Below, piece by piece: positions 48,714 to 58,898 of a stretch of DNA of 64,000 nt. Made by a program: the position numbers and the translations under genes. Location of the stretch: assembly GCA_045863395.1 (NCBI GenBank), contig BTVJ01000001.1:362643-426642 (forward strand), in the 5' to 3' direction. This DNA is from Myxococcales bacterium (lineage in GTDB: Bacteria > Myxococcota_A > UBA9042 > JABWCM01 > BTVJ01). The notes under the pieces are model-generated. The model saw only the letters and a list, made by a program, of their open reading frames with translations. It did no database searches and had not been told where the DNA came from. The stretch's first letter is position 1; each line of letters opens with the position of its first letter.

Positions 48714-49706
48714 ATGGACTTCGAGAACCTGGAGGGCTTCGACCCCCTCGAGCGCGCGCTCTCCAAGGCGATGCGCATCTTCGGCATCCTGCTCGCCCTG
48801 TGCGTCATGGCGCCCCTGTGGGTGCGCGGCGAGGGCTTCGTCAAGCTCTTCGGCGCGGAGGGGCCCTCCTTCGGGGAGCTGCTGCCGGGCTGGTACACCG
48901 CCGCCGTGGGCCTCGTGCTGCTCGTGCTGTCCTTCGTCAAGCTCGGCAAGGACGTCAAGGGCATCGCGGCCGTCGCCCTGCTGCTCGTGCTGCCGCTGAT
49001 CATCGGGGTCAACCTCTTCGAGCTGAAAGACATCGAAGAGCGAGACGCGCTGCGCCAGCTCAACCTGCTCTGGACGGAGACCAGCCTCCAGACCTGGCTC
49101 ATGATGGCGGGCGTCGTCGTCGCCGCGGCCGGCATGTCGCTGCGCAGCCACCAGCCGCGGCTCGAGGTCGGCCGCGTCGCGGTCGGCGCCGGCGTCGCGC
49201 TGGTGCTCGCCTACTTCTTCCTGCCGACCGACGCGGGCATGCCCATGATGCGCGCCATCGACAGCCTCGAGATGGCGACCTCCGACGGCTTCGAGTCGGC
49301 GGTCATCGCCCTCGCAGGCCCCAAAGAAGGCCCCGCCCTCGCGTCGCAGATGAAGCTCCAGGTGATCCTGCGGTTCACGTTCTATCTCATTCCCGTCGCG
49401 ATCATGGCCATGAGCCTCCCGGCGCTGATCAAGAAGTCCTACCCCGGCAAGGCGGGCGGCGCGCACGCCGGCATCGTGTCCTGGGCCTGGAAGCTCTTCA
49501 TCCCCGCCATCTACTTCCCCATGGCCATCAAGCTCGGCATGCAGGCTCGCTCCGGCGAGGTCTTCCTCGGCTTCGCCCGCATGTACCTGATCACCGTGTC
49601 CGTGCTGGTGGTCGTCCCCATGGCCCTCGACGCGGTCATCAGCCACTTCCTGGCGCCGAACCGCGGAATCCCGGATCTGGCGGAGGAGACCGAGCCCGCT
49701 CTGTGA
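48714..49706 (+). CDS. Multi-pass membrane protein, function unknown
   Basis: GGAGGA RBS; about 8 hydrophobic segments; strong GC3 bias. Confidence 0.75.
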   Translation: MDFENLEGFDPLERALSKAMRIFGILLALCVMAPLWVRGEGFVKLFGAEGPSFGELLPGWYTAAVGLVLLVLSFVKLGKDVKGIAAVALLLVLPLIIGVNLFELKDIEERDALRQLNLLWTETSLQTWLMMAGVVVAAAGMSLRSHQPRLEVGRVAVGAGVALVLAYFFLPTDAGMPMMRAIDSLEMATSDGFESAVIALAGPKEGPALASQMKLQVILRFTFYLIPVAIMAMSLPALIKKSYPGKAGGAHAGIVSWAWKLFIPAIYFPMAIKLGMQARSGEVFLGFARMYLITVSVLVVVPMALDAVISHFLAPNRGIPDLAEETEPAL

Positions 49707-49781
49707 CGCCCCCCTGCGGGCGCCACGCTCCCACGGCGCGCCCGGAGGACGGGCGATTCGCGGGTCCGGCGGGATCGTCCG

Positions 49782-49810
49782 TTGACGCGCCGCCCGGGCT
49801 CCCCTACGCT
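49782..49810 (+). promoter_or_regulatory. Sigma70-like promoter
   Basis: TTGACG-N17-TACGCT upstream of the GH-like gene. Confidence 0.45.
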
Positions 49811-49858
49811 CGGCGCCATTGCGCATCAGGCGGTCACGCCCGGAAACCAGGAGGTCCC

Positions 49859-52090
49859 GTGAGGCTCGTCACCGGATTGGTCATCGTAGCGGTCCTCGCC
49901 GCGTGTGGTCCCCCTCCGCCCCCGACCGAGGAGTCCGGCGGTGGAGGCGGCGGTGGGGGCGGCGGCAATGGCGCCCCGAGCTGCGAGGGTTTCGACCCAT
50001 CGCAGGCCCCCCCCCGAAAGCAGCGGCTCCTGCGCACCGTGGGCGACGAGTTCGAGATCCAGATCAAGGGCGAGTGGCGGTCGTTCACGATGATCGGCAT
50101 GAACATGGGCCTGAGCACGCCGGGTCACCAGCCGGGCGAGTTCGCGTTCGAGTGCGCCGACATCGACCGCTGGCTCGAGCTCATCGGCGACATGGGAGCG
50201 AACAGCATCCGCACCTACACCCTGCTGTCGCCCACGTTCTATCGGGCGTTCGCCGCCTATCAGCGGCGCAACCCGGACCGGCCGCTCTGGCTCGTGCAGG
50301 GGGTCTGGCTCGACGAGCTGGACGTCGTGGACAGCGAGGACTACTTCGACGCGGAGCAGGAGTTCCGCGACGAGACGAAGCGCGTCATCGACGCGATCCA
50401 CGGCAACGCGACCATCGACGTGCGCTTCGGCAAGGCCTACGGCACCTTCGACGCGGACGTGTCCGCGTGGACCATCGCCTTCATCGTCGGCCACGAGCTC
50501 GAGCCCTACCAGGTGCAGCACACCAACGGTCTGCACACCAACCGGAAGAGCTACGCGGGGGAGTACCTGTCGCTTCCCTCCGGCACCCCCATGGAGGTGT
50601 GGGTCACCTCGCTCCTCGACAACCTTGTCTCCTACGGGCAGGAGACCTACGACATGCAGCGGCCGGTGAGCTGGTCCAACTGGCCGACCCTGGACCCGCT
50701 CTATCACCCGACGGAGCCCCACGGGGAGGGGGCGAGCGCCGAGGACTTCGAGCAGCTCGATCTGGCCAATGTCAAGCGGTCGGCCGCGGCGGACGCGGGC
50801 TTCTTCGTCTCGTATCACGCCTACCCGTACTACCCGGAGTTCGTGATCTACGACCCGGGGTACCTGAAGGTGGAGGACGCAGCCGGTGAGAACTCGTACC
50901 TCGGCTATCTCCTCGACCTGAAGGACCACTACGCGGACATCCCGCTGGTCGTCGCGGAGACGGGCGTCCCGTCGAGCCGCGGCGTCGGGAAGTACGCGCC
51001 GAGCGGCATGCACCACGGCGGCCACGACGAGCACGCCCAGGGCGTCCACATGGCCCGCACCATGACCACGGCCATCGAGGCCAACGCGGACGGGGTGTTC
51101 CTGTTCGCGTTCATGGACGAGTGGTTCAAGCGCGCGTGGGTCGTCGAGCGCCAGGAGCTCCCCGCGGACCGCCGCTACAAGTGGCTCAACCCCATGAACC
51201 CCGAGCAGAACTTCGGCGTCCTCGCCATGGACCCCGACATGCCCGGCACCCGCGTCCTCGACGGGAAGGTGGACGACTGGGACGGCTCCGCGCTGGCCGA
51301 GGCGACGGGGACGCTGCGCGGCCTCTGGGCGGCGGCGGACGCGGCGCACCTGACGCTGCGCCTCGACGTGGACCCGGCGGCCCTCGACTTCAGCCAGCGC
51401 CTGTTCTACGTGGGCATCGACACCTACGACGCGAAGCGCGGTGACAGCAAGTTCCCGGACGGCCTCGACGCGACGAGCACCGACGCGCGGCTGGAGTTCG
51501 TGCTGCGGATCGGCGGTGAAGGGGAGACGGAGCTGCTGGTCGACCGCCCCTACGACGTGTACGGGCTCTGGCACGGCCTCCTGGAGGACCACCAGAAGGT
51601 CGCCTCCGTCACCAACGACGACGGCCTCTACGCCCCGATTCGCACCATCGTGAACTTCGAGCTCCACGACGACTCCGGCAAGCAGATCGCCGACCGGGTC
51701 GACCAGAAGACCGGCGCGCTGCGGCGCGGCACGGCGGACCCGAAGTCCAAGGTCTACGACTCCCTGGCAGACTGGCAGATGGACGAGGCGGGCGGGCACA
51801 TCGAGGTGCGCATCCCCTGGACGCTCCTGAATGTCACGGACCCCTCGCAGCGCCTGGTGCTGGCAGACAAGGCGGGCACGGGCCCGACGGAGACCGAGGT
51901 GACGGCGGGCTTCCGCTTCGTGGCCGTGAGCGCCAAGCGGGGCGGGACGGCCGTGGAGGCGCGGCTGCCGAAGGACGGGGCGACCGAGACGTTCACGTGG
52001 CCCACCTGGGAGACAGTGACGTGGCGAGAGCGCGTCAAGCCGTCGTATTACGTGGTTCAGAACGCGATTCATGGGTTGATCGGGGACTGA
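49859..52090 (+). CDS. Lipoprotein with clan GH-A-like TIM-barrel glycoside hydrolase domain
   Basis: GGAGG RBS, lipobox LAA-C; GMNMG, MGANSIRTYTL, IVGHELE (acid/base-like), SYHAYPYYP, VVAETGVPS (nucleophile-like), DEWFK, EQNFG. Confidence 0.7.
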   Translation: MRLVTGLVIVAVLAACGPPPPPTEESGGGGGGGGGGNGAPSCEGFDPSQAPPRKQRLLRTVGDEFEIQIKGEWRSFTMIGMNMGLSTPGHQPGEFAFECADIDRWLELIGDMGANSIRTYTLLSPTFYRAFAAYQRRNPDRPLWLVQGVWLDELDVVDSEDYFDAEQEFRDETKRVIDAIHGNATIDVRFGKAYGTFDADVSAWTIAFIVGHELEPYQVQHTNGLHTNRKSYAGEYLSLPSGTPMEVWVTSLLDNLVSYGQETYDMQRPVSWSNWPTLDPLYHPTEPHGEGASAEDFEQLDLANVKRSAAADAGFFVSYHAYPYYPEFVIYDPGYLKVEDAAGENSYLGYLLDLKDHYADIPLVVAETGVPSSRGVGKYAPSGMHHGGHDEHAQGVHMARTMTTAIEANADGVFLFAFMDEWFKRAWVVERQELPADRRYKWLNPMNPEQNFGVLAMDPDMPGTRVLDGKVDDWDGSALAEATGTLRGLWAAADAAHLTLRLDVDPAALDFSQRLFYVGIDTYDAKRGDSKFPDGLDATSTDARLEFVLRIGGEGETELLVDRPYDVYGLWHGLLEDHQKVASVTNDDGLYAPIRTIVNFELHDDSGKQIADRVDQKTGALRRGTADPKSKVYDSLADWQMDEAGGHIEVRIPWTLLNVTDPSQRLVLADKAGTGPTETEVTAGFRFVAVSAKRGGTAVEARLPKDGATETFTWPTWETVTWRERVKPSYYVVQNAIHGLIGD

Positions 52091-52134
52091 GGCGGGCAGC
52101 GCCGCACACGCAGTCTGTCCTCCGTTCTGGAAGC

Positions 52135-52821
52135 TCACTGTGCCCGGCAGACACCCTCGACGCACCGGGGGTCGGCGTCCGGGCACTCACAGCCGTCGTC
52201 ATGACACCACTCGTCGAAGCAGACTCCGGCACCGAGGCAGTAGTCCTGGTGAACGAGGGCCGCAGCCGCCTCCCAGTCCTTGACGAGGTGTTTCGCGATG
52301 ATGGGGCAGTGCTTGCCGCACTTGTGGTTTCGCACCTGGACGCAGTCTCCGTCCGTCGTGCACGTGCCATACGCCTCCGCCGCCTTCTTGATGGCGGCGT
52401 CAGCCGCCTTGAGGATCTGAGAGCAGTAGAGGCAGCCGTCCACGGTCCTCAGCATCCAAGGATCACATCCCTCGTCGCACCACGCCGTCTTGCACCAGTC
52501 GATGCACAGGTAGCGGCCTGACGTGTAATCGTCGCACTCACAGGTGATGGCGGGTCTGCACCTGTTGCAGCAGCAGACCTCCTCGCCGTAGCTGCAGACC
52601 ACGTCCGTGCGACGGCACCCCGGCTGGTGGGTGGGTGGCTCGGGAGGACAGACGCCCGACGCTGGCGACCATGACTCACTCTTGGATTGTGCACCGCTCC
52701 CATCCACCGCTGGCGGCTCGGTGCCCGACGGCGCGACGCCGGATCCTGGGCTGCAAGCCACACCCGCGCTCAAGGCGAGCAGGAGCGCGGCCCTTGCGCG
52801 CGTCCACGGATGCCTGCTCAT
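52135..52821 (-). CDS. Cys-rich lipoprotein
   Basis: Lipobox GVA-C; 26 further Cys, including CTTDGDC and CVEGVC motifs. Confidence 0.65.
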   Translation of the reverse strand: MSRHPWTRARAALLLALSAGVACSPGSGVAPSGTEPPAVDGSGAQSKSESWSPASGVCPPEPPTHQPGCRRTDVVCSYGEEVCCCNRCRPAITCECDDYTSGRYLCIDWCKTAWCDEGCDPWMLRTVDGCLYCSQILKAADAAIKKAAEAYGTCTTDGDCVQVRNHKCGKHCPIIAKHLVKDWEAAAALVHQDYCLGAGVCFDEWCHDDGCECPDADPRCVEGVCRAQ

Positions 52822-52905
52822 GGTCCCTCCGCTCGACCGCTCCACGGACACCGTGGAGGACGTTGTTCCGCTCACGGGAACGCACGAATCCGTCGTGATC
52901 CCGGT

Positions 52906-55194
52906 TCAGGGCACCGCGCGATCCGTGCGCTCCTCTTCGAACGTCACGCCGAGCGTGAGCGCCAGGTCCCGCGAGCTCGCGCCCACCTCCACCGCATACT
53001 CTCCCGGCTCCACCCGCCACCCACCGTCGTAGATCGCCAGGCGCTGCCACGGCACATCCAGGCGCACCGTGCGGGTCTCCCCCGCCTCCAGCGAGACCGC
53101 GGCAAACGCCTTGAGCTCCCGCGGGGCGCGCTCGACCGCAGAGTCCGGCTTCCCCACGTAGAGCTGCACCACCTCGATGCCCCCGCGATCCCCCGCGTTC
53201 TTCACGTCCACCTCCACGGCGAGCCCCTCGCCCTCCACCTCCCGCACGGCCAGATACTCGAACTGCGTGTAGGACAGCCCGAAGCCGAACGGAAACTCCG
53301 GCGCCACGCCGGTGCGATCCAGGTGGCGGTAGCCGTGCCAGGCGTCGTAGGTCACCTCCAGTGAGACGTTGTCGAAGGGGGGCAGGTCCGCCTCGGCAAC
53401 CGGGAAGGCGTGGGGGAGGCGCCCCGACGGGTTCACCACCCCGAGCAGCACGTCCGCCAGGGCGTGGCCGCCCTCCATGCCCGGGTACCACGCCATGAGC
53501 ACGGCGGCGACGTCGTCCACCCACGGCCGCACCACGACGGCCCCGCCTCCCTCCAGCACGACGATGGTCTGCGGGTTCTGCGCCACCGCCTGGGCGATCA
53601 GCTCCGCCTGGTCCCCGGGGAGCGCGAGGCTCTCCCGGTCGCCCGCGGCGATCAGCCCCTCGCCCTCGTCCTCGCTGGTCAGGCCCACCACCGCGATGAC
53701 CGCGTCCGCGGCGGCCAGGGCCGCCTCCCCGTCCGCATCGAAGGGCCAGGGCACGTGGACGACGCGAGCCGGGCCGAGCGCCTCGACCAGCCCTTCCAGC
53801 GCGGTGACCACCTCGCTCGGCGCCACGGCGCTGGAGCCCAGGTCGCCGATGTTCTCCCGGTCCGCCAGGGGGCCGACCACTGCGATCTTTCCGAGCGTCG
53901 CCGGGTCCAAGGGCAGCGCGTCGTCGACGTTCTTCAGGAGCACGATGCTCCGCGCTGCCACCTCTCGCGCCAGGGCGCGGTGCTCCGCGGTCTCGATCAC
54001 GGCCGCGTCGAGCACCGGCGGCTCCGTGTCCAGCCGGTAGCACAGCTTGGCCCGCACGATGCGCCGCACCGCCTCGTCGACGACGGCCTCGTCGAGCGCC
54101 CCTCCCGCGACCGCGTCCCCCAACGCGGCCCCGAAGTACACGCCGAAGGGCATCTCGATGTCGAGGCCCGCCTCGGCCGCCGGCACGGTCGTGTAGGTGC
54201 CGAAGACCCAGTCGGACTCCACGAAGCCCATGAACCCCCACTCGCCCTTGAGGATGTCTCGCAGCAGCGGCGGGTTCTCGGAGCAGTACAGCCCGTTGAC
54301 CTTGTTGTAGGCGCTCATGACGCTCGCGACGTTGCCCTCCTCCACCACCTGGCGGAAGTGCGGCAGGTAGAGCTCCCGGAGCGCGCGATCCGAGACCTGC
54401 ACGTCCACCTTGAACCGCGTGTCGTCGATGCTGTTGGCGGCGAAGTGCTTGGCGCTGGCCAGCACGCGCTCCGACTGCACCCCTTGGACGAAGGCGGTCC
54501 CCAGGTCGCCGAGGAGCACGGGGTCTTCTCCATACGTCTCCTGCGCCCGCCCCCACCGCGGGTGACGCAGCAGGTTGATGGTCGGCGCGAGCAGCACGCT
54601 GGCGCCCTTCGCCCGCGCCTCGCGCCCCATGGCGGCCCCCACGCGGCGCTCCAGCTCCGGGTCGAAGGTCGCCCCCCGCGCCGCCCCGACCGGGAAGGCG
54701 GTCGCGTTCCCCGCCCCCTTGCTCACCCCCCGGGGCCCATCGACCATCTCCAGCCCCGGGATCCCCAGGCGCTCCACCCCGGGCACCGGGTAGAGGCCCG
54801 TGGACGAGATCAGCTTGGTCCCGGCGGTCTGCGCGACCTTCTCCTCCAGGGTCATCTGGGCGAGGAGCGCGTCCACCCTCCCTTCCACCTCCTCCCAGTC
54901 CGGCCCGCAGTACCGCTCCAGCCGGTCGCGGCGCAGCGCCTCGTCCGCCCCGACTCCGGTGTCGGCGCCGTCGGCCCCGTCCCCGCCCACTTCACCGGCG
55001 TCGCCCCTACCGGCATCGCCCCCACCGGCATCGCCCCCGGCGTCGCCCCCACCGGCGCCGTCGCCGCCCGCGCCGCCCGTCCCCCCGTCGCTCGCCGCCA
55101 CGTCCCCGGCCGGAGCCCCGGCGTCGGGCGCCGAGTCGCTGGAGCACGCGCCGAAGAGCGCCACGATCATCGCAGGAACCAGGACGTGTCTCAT
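52906..55194 (-). CDS. GH3 beta-glucosidase (lipoprotein)
   Basis: Lipobox FGA-C, GGDAG tether; DGPRG, RWGRAQETYGEDP, KHFAAN, VMSAYN, FVESDW, FPFGFGLSYT, Fn3-like tail. Confidence 0.93.
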   Translation of the reverse strand: MRHVLVPAMIVALFGACSSDSAPDAGAPAGDVAASDGGTGGAGGDGAGGGDAGGDAGGGDAGRGDAGEVGGDGADGADTGVGADEALRRDRLERYCGPDWEEVEGRVDALLAQMTLEEKVAQTAGTKLISSTGLYPVPGVERLGIPGLEMVDGPRGVSKGAGNATAFPVGAARGATFDPELERRVGAAMGREARAKGASVLLAPTINLLRHPRWGRAQETYGEDPVLLGDLGTAFVQGVQSERVLASAKHFAANSIDDTRFKVDVQVSDRALRELYLPHFRQVVEEGNVASVMSAYNKVNGLYCSENPPLLRDILKGEWGFMGFVESDWVFGTYTTVPAAEAGLDIEMPFGVYFGAALGDAVAGGALDEAVVDEAVRRIVRAKLCYRLDTEPPVLDAAVIETAEHRALAREVAARSIVLLKNVDDALPLDPATLGKIAVVGPLADRENIGDLGSSAVAPSEVVTALEGLVEALGPARVVHVPWPFDADGEAALAAADAVIAVVGLTSEDEGEGLIAAGDRESLALPGDQAELIAQAVAQNPQTIVVLEGGGAVVVRPWVDDVAAVLMAWYPGMEGGHALADVLLGVVNPSGRLPHAFPVAEADLPPFDNVSLEVTYDAWHGYRHLDRTGVAPEFPFGFGLSYTQFEYLAVREVEGEGLAVEVDVKNAGDRGGIEVVQLYVGKPDSAVERAPRELKAFAAVSLEAGETRTVRLDVPWQRLAIYDGGWRVEPGEYAVEVGASSRDLALTLGVTFEEERTDRAVP
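54965..55110 (-). repeat. Imperfect 15-bp coding repeats (GGDAG) in the lipoprotein tether
   Basis: Tandem ccggc(g/a)tcgccc units encoding GGDAG-like pentapeptides. Confidence 0.7.
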
Positions 55195-55306
55195 GGTGCG
55201 GCCTCGCGTGGTGACTCGGGCATGCTCGCGCCTCCCCCGCGCGAGCGCAAGCGCCAAGTGAGCCCAGGCACCCCGCGCTCGCAGCGCCCTCCCGCGTTCG
55301 CGGCCG

Positions 55307-55687
55307 TCATCGCCTCAGCGCGCGGGCCGCGGCCTCGAGCTTCCGATCAAAGCTGACCAGGTCTGCATCGAGGGTCTGCGCGAGGGTGAGATAGCTGGCG
55401 TCATGGGTCGTCAGGTCGTACCGCAGAGCGAGCGCGAGCGCCGCGGTGTGATCCACGTCGGTCCACTCCAGCTCGAGGGCAAGCCCGTCTTCCAGCGCCG
55501 CCATGATGAGACTGCTCCGGTCCGGCGTGAGGACGGCCTTTCGCCTGGCGATGCTCGCGAGCTCGTAGGCGAGCAGGAAGGGCGCGTGGAGCTTCGCGTC
55601 CGCGAGCAGCGCCGCTGCTTCATCGGCCCTCGGCTCTTCGAAGACAAGCGCCCCGAGAACGGACGCATCGACGACCCTAGCGCGCAT
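55307..55687 (-). CDS. vapC: VapC-family PIN-domain toxin
   Basis: VVDASV, YELAS, THDASY, SFDRKL (acidic PIN tetrad); overlaps the antitoxin gene. Confidence 0.88.
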   Translation of the reverse strand: MRARVVDASVLGALVFEEPRADEAAALLADAKLHAPFLLAYELASIARRKAVLTPDRSSLIMAALEDGLALELEWTDVDHTAALALALRYDLTTHDASYLTLAQTLDADLVSFDRKLEAAARALRR

Positions 55688-55910
55688 CGCGTTCGGCCCG
55701 GACGTGAGCCGTCGCGTCGTCGCCCGTAGTCAGGCCGCGCCGGCGGTTGGCGTCTCGCAGCGCGGCGATGGAGAGGCGGCGCGGCGCCACCGCCTCCTCC
55801 AGGATGGCGACGAGCTCGCCTTGCAGCGAGCGATGGTGGCGGCTCGCACGTTCGCGCAACGCGGCAACGAGGGCGTCCGGGACTTGCTTGACGGAGAGGT
55901 TCACGGGCAT
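55677..55910 (-). CDS. FitA-like ribbon-helix-helix antitoxin
   Basis: MPVNLSVKQVPDALVAALRERASRHHRSLQGELVAILEEAV; GGAGG RBS; upstream of the PIN toxin. Confidence 0.88.
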   Translation of the reverse strand: MPVNLSVKQVPDALVAALRERASRHHRSLQGELVAILEEAVAPRRLSIAALRDANRRRGLTTGDDATAHVRAERDAR

Positions 55911-55922
55911 CTCGGGACCTCC

Positions 55923-55969
55923 GGTTCCAGTACGGAGCCAATCTAGAACCACACCGTGCAACACGTCAA
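55923..55969 (-). promoter_or_regulatory. TA promoter with inverted-repeat operator
   Basis: Minus strand TTGACG-N18-TAGATT; GGTTCCAG-N12-CTAGAACC (7/8 inverted repeat) overlaps the -10 element. Confidence 0.6.
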
Positions 55970-56136
55970 TCGCAGACCGGCTCCAGAAAACCACCGGAGG
56001 AACGACGGACCTGTCGAGTCGGCGCCCGGCGAGGCCCCGCTTGTCCCAGCCTGGCTCGGAGCACCATGCCCCGCGAGCCCGCCCCACGAGGGCCGCGCCC
56101 CCGCTCGCTGCCCCCCAAGAAGTGGGCAAATGCCAC

Positions 56137-56730
56137 CTACCGCGAGGTCGCCACGTCGATGCGGAACAGCACCTCGCTGAGCCCGTCCGGCGCCACCGCC
56201 CGCCCCTGGAGCACGAGCCGTGCGCCCGCCCCGTCCGCGGTGCCGCTGACCGTGGTCCCGGTCGCCATCATGTAGGGGTAGACGCCTGTGGTGAGGGGGG
56301 CACCGCCCAGCGTATCCGTGGCCCAGAGCTGGTTCGCGGCCATCGCCTCGGCGCTGTGGGTGTCGGTGAGGCTGCCGGTGACGGACGAGCCGTCCACCGT
56401 GAGCGACCAGAACTGCAGGATCGCCGGCGTCGGGCCCAAGTCGACCTGGAACTCGCCCGCCGAGAGCATCAGGAAGTCGCCCTCGGAGGCGGTCGAGCTG
56501 GACAGCGTCCCCATGGAGAGGTGGATGGCGTTCGTCTCGGACACGCTCCCGTGCCGGACCGGCTCGCGGACGGTGACCGAGGCGTCCTTCGTGAGCGTCC
56601 GCACGTCGCCGCCGCCGTAGTCGAGGGTGACGGTCGCCGTGCCGCGGCTCTCCCCGGCGGCGCCCCCGCCGCCGTCATCGCAGCTACAGGTCAGGCACAC
56701 CGCGGCGAGCAAGAAGAGCAGGCGTCCCAT
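56137..56730 (-). CDS. Hypothetical lipoprotein (beta-rich)
   Basis: GAGGAGG RBS; MGRLLFLLAAVCLTCS-C signal/lipobox. Confidence 0.6.
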   Translation of the reverse strand: MGRLLFLLAAVCLTCSCDDGGGGAAGESRGTATVTLDYGGGDVRTLTKDASVTVREPVRHGSVSETNAIHLSMGTLSSSTASEGDFLMLSAGEFQVDLGPTPAILQFWSLTVDGSSVTGSLTDTHSAEAMAANQLWATDTLGGAPLTTGVYPYMMATGTTVSGTADGAGARLVLQGRAVAPDGLSEVLFRIDVATSR

Positions 56731-56912
56731 CGGGCCCTCCTCTCCCTCCCACCGACGGTCCCTCGGACAAGGTCGGCAGCCTCGCAGCCGGGGCAAGCCT
56801 CGCCTGCACATCCCGCTTGACCCGCGGCGTACGGCCCGTCGATAGTCCCCGCATCCCATCTGCGCCGGGCGTCGGTCGCTCGGTGATGGACGAGCCGACC
56901 GAGGATCTCCCC

Positions 56913-58898
56913 ATGAGCGACTTCGACCTGAGCTGGATCACCAACTTCCTCTGGGGCATCGCCGACGACTGCCTGCGCGACCTCTACGTTCGCGGCAAGT
57001 ACCGCGACGTCATCCTGCCCATGACCGTCATCCGCCGCCTCGATGCGGTCCTCGAAGGCACCAAGGCCGAGGTGCTCGCGATGAAGGGACGGCTCGACGC
57101 GGCGGGGATCGCCAACCAGGATCAGGCGCTGCGTCAGGCCGCGGGCCAGGCGTTCTACAACACGTCGCGCTTCACCCTGCGGGCCCTGAAGAACCGCGGC
57201 ACCCAGCAGGTGCTGCGCGCCGACTTCGAGGACTTCCTCGACGGCTTCTCGCCGAACGTGCAGGAGATCCTCGACAACTTCGAGTTCAGGAACCAGCTCC
57301 CGCGGCTCTCTCGAGCCGACGCCCTCGGCACGTTGATCGAGAAGCTGCTCTCGCCGGACATCAACCTGAGCCCCAACCCGGTGCTGCTGGGCGACGGCTC
57401 GGTGAGGCACCCGGGCCTCGACAACCACGCCATGGGCACGATCTTCGAGGAGCTCGTGCGCCGCTTCAACGAGGAGAACAACGAGGAGGCGGGCGAGCAC
57501 TGGACCCCGCGCGACGCCGTCAAGCTCATGGCGAAGCTGATCTTCCTGCCCGTCGCCGACCGCATCGAGTCGGGCACCTACCTCCTCTATGATGGAGCGT
57601 GCGGCACGGGGGGCATGTTGACGGTGGCGCAGGGGACGCTCGTGGAGCTGGCCAGGGCGCGCGGCAAGGACGTGGTCACCCACCTCTACGGCCAGGAGAT
57701 CAACGCCGAGACCTACGCCATCGCCAAGGCGGACTTCCTGCTCAAGGGCGACGGCGACGAGGCGGACAACCTGGTCGGCGGCCCCGAGCACTCGACGCTC
57801 TCGAACGACGCCTTCCCGGGCCGCGAGTTCGACTTCATGCTCTCGAACCCGCCATACGGCAAGAGCTGGAAGAACGATCAGGAGCGCATGGGCGGCAAGA
57901 GCGGCCTGCGCGATCCGCGCTTCGTGGTGGATCACGACGGCGACCCGGAGCTGTCCCTCGTGACCCGGTCGAGCGACGGCCAGATGCTGTTCCTCGCGAA
58001 CCTGCTCTCCAAGATGAAGCGCCAATCGAAGCTCGGGAGCCGCATCGCCGAGGTGCACAACGGCAGCTCCCTGTTCACGGGCGACGCGGGCCAGGGCGAG
58101 AGCAACATCCGCCGGTGGATCATCGAGAACGACTGGCTCGAGGCCATCGTGGCGCTGCCCCTGAACCTGTTCTACAACACCGGCATCGCGACCTACGTGT
58201 GGGTGCTCACCAACCGCAAGCCCGTGCACAGGCAGGGCAAGGTGCAGCTCATCGACGCGACGCAGTGGTACCAGCCGCTCCGCAAGAACCTGGGCAAGAA
58301 GAGCTGCGAGCTCGGCGAGGCCGACATCGCGCGCATCTGCGACACCTTCCTCGCCTTCGAAGAGAGCGAGCACTCGAAGGTCTTCGACAACCTGGCCTTC
58401 GGGTACTGGAAGGTCACGGTGGAGCGGCCGCTGCGCATCGCAGGAGCAGACCCGGCGCAGGCCTACAGCGGGGCGGACCTGAAGCGGCTCAAGGCGGAGG
58501 GCGCAGTCGACGAGGCGGCGCCGCCGGTCATCCGCAAGATCCACAAGAAGGGCACCGCGCCGGACCCCCTGCGGGGCCTGTTCGAGGCGCGCATCGGCAG
58601 GGAGACGCGCGTCGTGGAGTTCGAGCCCGACCCGGACCTGCGCGACACGGAGCAGGTGCCGCTCCTCGAGGAGGGCGACATCGACGGGTTCCTGGAGCGC
58701 GAGGTGCTGCCCCACGCCAAGGACGCGTGGTACAGCCCGGCGAGCGTGAAGGTGGGCTACGAGGTGAGCCTCACCCGCTACTTCTACAAGCCGAAGCCGC
58801 TGCGCAGCCTGGACGAGATTCGGGCGGACATCCTGGCGGTGGAGCGCGAGACGGACGGGCTGCTGGCGGAGATCGTGGGCGTGGGGAGGGGGCGATGA
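56913..58898 (+). CDS. hsdM: Type I restriction-modification methyltransferase
   Basis: FLWGIAD, EAGEHWTPRD, YDGACGTGGM (motif I), SNPPYG (motif IV), FYNTGI. Confidence 0.96.
   Translation: MSDFDLSWITNFLWGIADDCLRDLYVRGKYRDVILPMTVIRRLDAVLEGTKAEVLAMKGRLDAAGIANQDQALRQAAGQAFYNTSRFTLRALKNRGTQQVLRADFEDFLDGFSPNVQEILDNFEFRNQLPRLSRADALGTLIEKLLSPDINLSPNPVLLGDGSVRHPGLDNHAMGTIFEELVRRFNEENNEEAGEHWTPRDAVKLMAKLIFLPVADRIESGTYLLYDGACGTGGMLTVAQGTLVELARARGKDVVTHLYGQEINAETYAIAKADFLLKGDGDEADNLVGGPEHSTLSNDAFPGREFDFMLSNPPYGKSWKNDQERMGGKSGLRDPRFVVDHDGDPELSLVTRSSDGQMLFLANLLSKMKRQSKLGSRIAEVHNGSSLFTGDAGQGESNIRRWIIENDWLEAIVALPLNLFYNTGIATYVWVLTNRKPVHRQGKVQLIDATQWYQPLRKNLGKKSCELGEADIARICDTFLAFEESEHSKVFDNLAFGYWKVTVERPLRIAGADPAQAYSGADLKRLKAEGAVDEAAPPVIRKIHKKGTAPDPLRGLFEARIGRETRVVEFEPDPDLRDTEQVPLLEEGDIDGFLEREVLPHAKDAWYSPASVKVGYEVSLTRYFYKPKPLRSLDEIRADILAVERETDGLLAEIVGVGRGR

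Noticed and set aside
54965..55110. Short tandem repeats as a possible CRISPR array
   Set aside because: In-frame GGDAG coding repeats with no spacers and no cas genes.
55200..56900. tRNA, att site or integrase at the island boundary
   Set aside because: No cloverleaf, T-loop motif, direct repeat or recombinase ORF was seen.
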